Part shown: positions 54,771-59,650 of the stretch, in pieces
Numbering within the stretch: the first letter of the stretch is position 1
Layout of the letters: every line of letters starts with the position of its first letter
Virus record (IMG/VR): IMGVR_UViG_3300043431_000358
Location: 1-59,650 of that record
Reading direction: 5' to 3' (one strand)
Source: a virus
Taxonomy: Duplodnaviria > Caudoviricetes
DNA: 59,650 nucleotides
Translations under genes and position numbers: made by a program
The notes under the pieces: generated by a model
What the model was told of the DNA's origin: nothing
Databases searched by the model: none
The model's input: only the letters and a program-made list of their open reading frames with translations

Positions 54771-55022
54771 TCATGGCGAAATCTCCTTCGCGAGTAGAGC
54801 GATGAAAAGAGGGTGGGCATACCCCTTGTTCTGGTTGCAGGGCTTGCAACACCAAAGGGTGTTGCTGTACCTGCGCGTGCCACCGGCAACGCGCGGCACC
54901 CAGTGATCTAAAGTGCCATCCTTCAGAGGTAGCGGCACCCCGCAGTAGCTGCAAAGACCGCGGGCCCGCTGCCTGACCCTTGCGCGCCGGCGCTGCTTCG
55001 GTGTGAGCTTCTTGCGGGCCAT
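54771..55022 (-). CDS. HNH endonuclease (McrA-like)
   Basis: CSYCG, TLDHWVP...GG....N....CKPCNQNKG. Confidence 0.8.
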   Translation of the reverse strand: MARKKLTPKQRRRARVRQRARGLCSYCGVPLPLKDGTLDHWVPRVAGGTRRYSNTLWCCKPCNQNKGYAHPLFIALLAKEISP

Positions 55023-55025
55023 GGG

Positions 55026-55403
55026 TCACTCTGCAGCCCGGCGCAGCCCCTTGGCCACGACGTCGGCGACTTCCTGCCCATCACCCAGGTGGGCACCCTC
55101 CAGCGTGCGCGCCGCGTTCTTCATCGCCTCCACAAGCGAATCGGCGCGGGCGTGCGCCTTGACCAGTTCTGCGCACAGCAGAGCGACCTTGCCGGCCGAG
55201 GCCATGGCGTCGATGCGGGTGTCACCCAACACCTGGGCGGCGGCGGCATCGGGCTTGGCCAGCCCGCCCAGCGGACGGACTTGCGCCTCGTAGTGGGCGT
55301 GGGCTTCGTCCAGCATCCGGCGCACCGTGGCTTGTGAGTAGGCCCAGTCGCTCAGGTCGGCGCCGTAGCGCTGCAGGACGTCGGTCTTCGGCGGGTGTTC
55401 CAT
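55026..55403 (-). CDS. Hypothetical protein
   Basis: ggag RBS. Confidence 0.55.
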   Translation of the reverse strand: MEHPPKTDVLQRYGADLSDWAYSQATVRRMLDEAHAHYEAQVRPLGGLAKPDAAAAQVLGDTRIDAMASAGKVALLCAELVKAHARADSLVEAMKNAARTLEGAHLGDGQEVADVVAKGLRRAAE

Positions 55404-55470
55404 ATTCGGTCTCCGGTTGATGCTGGTGGAGCGGCGGTCGCCTTGGGTGGCCTGCCGCCTCCGCGTTTGG

Positions 55471-55743
55471 TCAGGCCGTGGCCAGTTCGCCGCGGGAGTA
55501 GTGCTGCACGGACACCGGAGCATCCCAGTTGGCATCGTCCTCGGACTCGGTAGCACCCAGGCTAGCCCACGTCACCATGACGGTGGGGCCCGTCTCTTCG
55601 GCGGGCGTCTCGGTGCTGAGGTACCCGGAGGCGATCCATACGGCATCGCCGACGTTGTTGGTATGGATGCAAGGCTCCTGAGCCAGGACTACGCAGGTGC
55701 CGTCTGCCAGGTTGATGGTGCCGTGGTCTCTGGTGGTGGTCAT
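55471..55743 (-). CDS. Acidic hypothetical protein
   Basis: ggagag RBS, downstream of sigma54-type motif. Confidence 0.6.
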   Translation of the reverse strand: MTTTRDHGTINLADGTCVVLAQEPCIHTNNVGDAVWIASGYLSTETPAEETGPTVMVTWASLGATESEDDANWDAPVSVQHYSRGELATA

Positions 55744-55779
55744 GGTGCTCTCCGGTTTGGTTGGTGACGCAGGTACAAG

Positions 55780-55795
55780 TGCATGGGCTGTGCCA
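55780..55795 (-). promoter_or_regulatory. sigma54-type -24/-12 promoter motif
   Basis: Minus strand TGGCACAGCCCATGCA (GG-N10-GC). Confidence 0.6.
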
Positions 55796-55871
55796 CCCCG
55801 AAAACAAGCTGATTCGTGCTCTACAGCACGTGGTGTGCGACCAAGCGCGTCACCCCGTGCGACGGTATTGG

Positions 55872-56078
55872 TCAGCGGCCGACCGAACCTGTCAGACCGG
55901 CCAGCATCCAGATGCACCGGCAGTTGGCCGCCGCATCCAGCGATGCATCACGGGCCGCAACGGGGTGGCCGGCCAGGTCGTGCATGCGGGCCTCGATGCT
56001 CAGCCGGATCACGGCCAGCACGTGCGCGCCGATCTGGCGGTGCCGGAGGGCCAGTTCGGCGGTGGTTGGCGGGGTCAT
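55872..56078 (-). CDS. Hypothetical protein
   Basis: ATGA-coupled to upstream gene. Confidence 0.5.
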   Translation of the reverse strand: MTPPTTAELALRHRQIGAHVLAVIRLSIEARMHDLAGHPVAARDASLDAAANCRCIWMLAGLTGSVGR

Positions 56079-56353
56079 GCGATCGGGCCGAAAAACTTGC
56101 TGGGCTTACCGGCCAGCAGCAGCGCAAGGCTGTGCGCCGGCACGGGGATGGACTTGGTAACGCGCGGCACATCGCCGTAGGCGTACCGCGCGCCACCAGC
56201 TCTGTCTGTCCACACCCAAGCCACCATCGCGCCACCGATCAGACCGCGGTAGCAGGGCCGCTCTGACTGGCTGTCCACGCGCACCCAGCCGCGGGCCACC
56301 AGGGCCAGGGCCAGCCGCTCCGTCTGGCTCGCGTGCTGCTCCTTAAACCCCAT
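56075..56353 (-). CDS. Hypothetical protein
   Basis: Coupled in leftward run. Confidence 0.55.
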   Translation of the reverse strand: MGFKEQHASQTERLALALVARGWVRVDSQSERPCYRGLIGGAMVAWVWTDRAGGARYAYGDVPRVTKSIPVPAHSLALLLAGKPSKFFGPIA

Positions 56354-56627
56354 GATCGTCCCCTGGCAGCACAGGCCACACCTGCCGCACGTCGGCCTCG
56401 CTGAGCGTCTGCGTCCCGGCGTCCCGAACCAGCATGATCCGGCAGCCCCACACCTGCGTGGCCGGCCAGAACTCCAGGCGTCCCGCAGGCATCGGCTGGG
56501 CCGGGTCTGCGCCTCGCAGGCGCCCCAGCTTGGCAAAGGCAAGCGCGCTCGCCGCGGCACGCTCTGCATCCGCCACCGCAGCACGGTGGCGCTGGGCCAG
56601 CGCCGGGCACGCGTTCAATGTCTTCAT
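56343..56627 (-). CDS. Hypothetical protein
   Basis: aaggag RBS, ATGA-coupled. Confidence 0.55.
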   Translation of the reverse strand: MKTLNACPALAQRHRAAVADAERAAASALAFAKLGRLRGADPAQPMPAGRLEFWPATQVWGCRIMLVRDAGTQTLSEADVRQVWPVLPGDDHGV

Positions 56628-56824
56628 GATTGGCTCCTTTCAGCCGCATTCGCCTGCGCACACCAGATCTGCGCCTGCCGCCAGTCGTAGCGGGCCTGCT
56701 GGCTCACGCCGAGTCCCCATGCGCCACGCGGCAGATCGTTGCATTCCCAGACCCAGCATCCCTGCCGCGCATCCCACCCGCGGCGGATGCGCGGCAGCAT
56801 GGGCCGCCGTTCCTCTTCGTTCAT
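56624..56824 (-). CDS. Hypothetical Trp-rich protein
   Basis: ggag RBS. Confidence 0.5.
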   Translation of the reverse strand: MNEEERRPMLPRIRRGWDARQGCWVWECNDLPRGAWGLGVSQQARYDWRQAQIWCAQANAAERSQS

Positions 56825-56836
56825 GGACTGCGCTCC

Positions 56837-56862
56837 AAAAGCGCCGGGGAATCCGCCCCGGC
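56837..56862 (-). terminator. Putative intrinsic terminator
   Basis: Minus strand GCCGGGG-CGGATT-CCCCGGC followed by GCTTTT. Confidence 0.45.
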
Positions 56863-56907
56863 TCGGTGTGTGACAGCACTGGCCAGCCGCCGGGCTGGCC
56901 GCTGGTG

Positions 56908-57138
56908 TCAGCGGTAGCCGTTCGCGCCATCGAGGCGCGGCGTGGCAACTGGCTGCGCGGTGGCTCGCTCGATAGCGCACGCGTGGTGGTAGTCCAGGCT
57001 GGCCACCGAATACGCGGCCCTGGTGGCCTTGGTGGAGTCGGCCACCATCGCATCCCACGCAGCCTGCAGGCGCTGGCGGGCCGCCCAGCCGATCACCGGC
57101 TTGCCAAGGCCATTCAGGGGCGTGTTGCTGGTGTCCAT
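56908..57138 (-). CDS. Hypothetical protein
   Basis: aaggag RBS. Confidence 0.55.
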   Translation of the reverse strand: MDTSNTPLNGLGKPVIGWAARQRLQAAWDAMVADSTKATRAAYSVASLDYHHACAIERATAQPVATPRLDGANGYR

Positions 57139-57170
57139 GCTCAATCTCCTTGGTGTCGTGCCGGAGCGGG

Positions 57171-57338
57171 TCAAAACGCGACGGTGCGGAACACCGTGCT
57201 CGTGCGGCCGTCGATGCGCACGAAGCGCACCGTCTTGCCGTTGCCGCTGCGCTCGGCGACCACATGCCGACGCGAGTCACCGGTCAGGCGCACTGACTGG
57301 CCAGGCCGCAGGGCTGCAATCTTTTGGTCTGTGGTCAT
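57171..57338 (-). CDS. Small basic hypothetical protein
   Basis: ggagag RBS; first gene after sigma54-type motif. Confidence 0.55.
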   Translation of the reverse strand: MTTDQKIAALRPGQSVRLTGDSRRHVVAERSGNGKTVRFVRIDGRTSTVFRTVAF

Positions 57339-57395
57339 GTTGCTCTCCGTCTGGTTTCGCAGTCCGCCCATCGCCGACTGCATGCCATCAACGAT

Positions 57396-57411
57396 TGCGA
57401 GATGCGTGCCA
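57396..57411 (-). promoter_or_regulatory. sigma54-type -24/-12 promoter motif
   Basis: Minus strand TGGCACGCATCTCGCA (GG-N10-GC). Confidence 0.55.
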
Positions 57412-57426
57412 TGGCCGAAAGGTGCC

Positions 57427-57497
57427 AAACGCGGCCAAAGTCACGCCCAGGGCGACGAAACGCGGCAGGTGAGCCCAGCCGGACGACCAAACGCGGC
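57427..57497. repeat. Three AAACGCGGC direct repeats at 31-bp period
   Basis: Copies start at 57427, 57458 and 57489. Confidence 0.8.
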
Positions 57498-57614
57498 GCG
57501 CGGCGTGACGCGGACCGTCACCCGTGAAGCTGGCCCGCGTCTTGCCGCGCCGACCCGATCGGGTGACTTTGTGCGTTATGCTCCGGCCGAAGTAAACGCA
57601 CAACGGGGTGATAC

Positions 57615-57938
57615 ATGGCGACGGTGATGAAGCGGTGCCCGACCTGTCGGGGGCTGCACGCGGTGGGGCAGTGCAAGACCGATGGCGAGGTGGCCGGGCT
57701 GCTGGCCGTGGCCGCGCCGGCCCCAGCACCTGCGGCGCCACCGGCCCCAGCAGCAAAGCGGTCGGCCCGGGTCGCCCAGGCCAAGGCCGTGGAGAAATCA
57801 GCCGCCGCGGTCCGCCAGCAGGCCTACCGGTCGCGCGGCGGCCCGGAGGTGAAGCAGGCGAACACCGAACGCATGCGCGCCGCCAGGGCAGCGAAGAAGG
57901 CGGCCAAGCTGGCCGCGGCGAACGACAAGGAGATGTGA
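57615..57938 (+). CDS. Hypothetical protein with N-terminal CxxC..H...C
   Basis: Basic Ala-rich ORF, ggggtg RBS. Confidence 0.6.
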   Translation: MATVMKRCPTCRGLHAVGQCKTDGEVAGLLAVAAPAPAPAAPPAPAAKRSARVAQAKAVEKSAAAVRQQAYRSRGGPEVKQANTERMRAARAAKKAAKLAAANDKEM

Positions 57939-57941
57939 CCC

Positions 57942-58166
57942 ATGGATTACCCGATCAAGCCGCGCGCCGACACTGCGCGCCTCAAGCCCCGCATGCGTCC
58001 GCTGCGCCCTGGGAGCGACCTGGCCCCGGGCGGCCAGCTCTGGCTGTGCCACCGGCCCGATGTCTTCCTCTGCGGCATCGGCCATACCCAGGTCGAGGCG
58101 TGGGAGGCGGCGCACGATGTGCCGGTGTACCAGCGCACCCCCTTTGCAGTCCGGACCATCTCGTGA
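57942..58166 (+). CDS. Hypothetical protein
   Basis: aggag RBS. Confidence 0.55.
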   Translation: MDYPIKPRADTARLKPRMRPLRPGSDLAPGGQLWLCHRPDVFLCGIGHTQVEAWEAAHDVPVYQRTPFAVRTIS

Positions 58167-58276
58167 ACCGGCCCGATGCGACCAAAGGCGGCACCCAATG
58201 ACGCACCTTGTCACCTGCCCCTGCCAAAACCGACGCATCCAGTCGGACCAGCGGCATGGATGCGCTTGCAACAGCG

Positions 58277-58292
58277 TGGCATGCTCAATGCA
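58277..58292 (+). promoter_or_regulatory. sigma54-type -24/-12 promoter motif
   Basis: TGGCATGCTCAATGCA (GG-N10-GC) upstream of 58330. Confidence 0.6.
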
Positions 58293-58329
58293 CATGTCCT
58301 GTCATCACCCCCACCCACAGGAGAACGAC

Positions 58330-58473
58330 ATGTCAGCTCACACCCTGGTCCGCCACGCCGCCCTGGTCGTCCGCCGCCTGCGCACCGCCGGCCACCACAA
58401 GGCCGCCCGCACCGCCGCCTTCGAGGCTCGGCGCGAGATCGGCGCCTCCCTGCTGCGCCGGAGCGTGGCGTGA
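58330..58473 (+). CDS. Small basic hypothetical protein
   Basis: caggag RBS; 47 aa. Confidence 0.5.
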   Translation: MSAHTLVRHAALVVRRLRTAGHHKAARTAAFEARREIGASLLRRSVA

Positions 58474-58580
58474 ACGGCTGTGAGGCGTCGCTCGGCTGGC
58501 CGGATGTCGTGCTGGTGATTGCAGGCTTGGTCTTCTTTTGTGCGCTGCCATGGCTCATCAACCGCTGGAGCAAGCTATGA
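58470..58580 (+). CDS. Small single-TM protein
   Basis: GTGA/ATGA coupling on both sides; hydrophobic core. Confidence 0.4.
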   Translation: MNGCEASLGWPDVVLVIAGLVFFCALPWLINRWSKL

Positions 58581-58831
58581 GCAGCACCCCAACCGCAACG
58601 ACCCGCCTGAGCCTGCGCCTGCAGGACATCGCAGGATCGCTGGAGGACGCGATCTACGAGATCACCGGCGAGCGACATCCGTTCATGCTGTTTGTCGAGA
58701 CTGACGCGGTGGTGCAGTTCGTCAGCAACGGCGCGCAGCCTGCTGGCGGACCGCTCGATACGCTGCTCAAGCGCTTGGACGCTGGCCGCGCCGACATCCC
58801 CGCCCACTACAACCCGGACATCCCGCGATGA
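58577..58831 (+). CDS. Hypothetical protein (paralog of next gene)
   Basis: ATGA-coupled; ggag RBS. Confidence 0.6.
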   Translation: MSSTPTATTRLSLRLQDIAGSLEDAIYEITGERHPFMLFVETDAVVQFVSNGAQPAGGPLDTLLKRLDAGRADIPAHYNPDIPR

Positions 58832-59097
58832 CCAGCCAATTCGCCACATCCAAGGTCGTGAACGCACGCATGCAGGAAGTTGCCGCCTCGCTCGGCGAGG
58901 CCCTGCAACAGATCGCTGGGCAGAGGCTGCCATTCCTGCTGCCATTCCTGCTGCTGGTCCAGACTGACCAGGTGGTGCAGGTCCGCGCCGACTGGACCCC
59001 CGTGGACGGTCGCACCCTGATCGATGGAGCGGTCGAGTGGGCGGGGACGAGCCTTGGCGGCACCCTCAACCAGTTCACTGTGGACATCTCGCTGTGA
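58828..59097 (+). CDS. Hypothetical protein (paralog of previous gene)
   Basis: ATGA-coupled; shares RxQxxAxSLxxAxxxIxGxRxPFxLxVxTDxVVQ. Confidence 0.6.
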   Translation: MTSQFATSKVVNARMQEVAASLGEALQQIAGQRLPFLLPFLLLVQTDQVVQVRADWTPVDGRTLIDGAVEWAGTSLGGTLNQFTVDISL

Positions 59098-59240
59098 CCC
59101 TCTCCCTCCTCCCCGCCCTGGCCACCTGCATCGCATGGCTGGCCGCCGTCGCCTGCTGGCTGGGTAGCCTCGCATGAGGCGCGCCCTGGCCGCCGCTGCA
59201 CTCACCGCTGCCGCGGTCCTCATGGGCCTGTGGGCAGGTG

Positions 59241-59585
59241 ATGCCAGCGCACAGCCCAGCAGCCCAGCCCACGCACGTACGCACAGGGCCGCCCATGGTT
59301 GACCGCATCCGGGGCCGCGCCCTCCAGCGCATCCGCTCCCGCCACCTCCGCCTGCACCCCCTGTGCGTGACGTGCCAGCAACGCACACCCCCCGTTGTGC
59401 GTGCAGCCACCCAGGTGGACCACATCACCCCCCTGTACAAGGGCGGGCAGGAGGCCGAGGACAACCGCCAAGGCCTGTGCGACGACTGCCACCGTGACAA
59501 GACCGCAACCGACATGGGCACACACCAGCGCGGCTGCGATACTGACGGCATGCCATCCGATCCTCGTCACCACTGGAATAGTTAG
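59241..59585 (+). CDS. Packaging-associated HNH endonuclease (HK97 gp74-like)
   Basis: HPLCVTC, A..VDHI.P...GG.....N.Q.LC..CH..KT, DG.P.DP.H.W; last gene before terS; start uncertain. Confidence 0.88.
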   Translation: MPAHSPAAQPTHVRTGPPMVDRIRGRALQRIRSRHLRLHPLCVTCQQRTPPVVRAATQVDHITPLYKGGQEAEDNRQGLCDDCHRDKTATDMGTHQRGCDTDGMPSDPRHHWNS

Positions 59586-59650
59586 CTCATGCTCACACAC
59601 GAAATACCCAGGGGGTGGGTAAAGTCCTCAACAGGTTATACACAGGAAAC

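Larger units (their letters stand above)
1..59650. mobile_element. Tailed dsDNA phage genome (siphovirus-like, HK97-fold head), probably near-complete
   Basis: Head, tail, lysis, recombination and replication modules all present, no host housekeeping genes; HNH gene at the right end abuts terS at the left end if circularised. Confidence 0.93.

Noticed and set aside
57427-57497. 31-bp-period repeats as a guide array
   Set aside because: Intervening 22-mers resemble each other and lie in a promoter region; binding sites or a decayed tandem repeat are more likely

Overview
The window looks like an essentially complete ~59.6-kb, GC-rich, long-tailed (siphovirus-like) phage genome, probably of a betaproteobacterial host (inferred from DnaB similarity and GC content). 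Order: terminase small/large, HK97-type portal, ClpP-like prohead protease and capsid (0.1-6.8 kb); an accessory block of glycosyltransferase-like and methyltransferase genes (7.1-16.8 kb); neck, tail and tail-tip genes (17-29.2 kb); lysis cassette with nested spanins (29.3-31.4 kb); a leftward recombination operon (ERF, YqaJ, NinB, KTSC, ASCH, TrpF-like; 31.4-41.6 kb); a rightward replication/modification operon (HTH, DUF5131, helicase-MTase fusion, DnaB, RuvC-like, C5-MTase; 41.8-52.6 kb); many small ORFs behind sigma54-type promoter motifs (52.6-59.1 kb); and a terminal HNH gene. The standout is a compositionally distinct, array-less type IV-B-like CRISPR-Cas effector cassette (probable Cas11-Csf2 fusion, Csf1, CysH-like, Csf3; 9412-12709) inserted with no room for its own promoter in the middle of the putative virion-glycosylation block of the late operon. 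I found no CRISPR array, cas1/cas2/cas6, integrase or CI repressor. All family calls are motif recognition by eye, not database searches.
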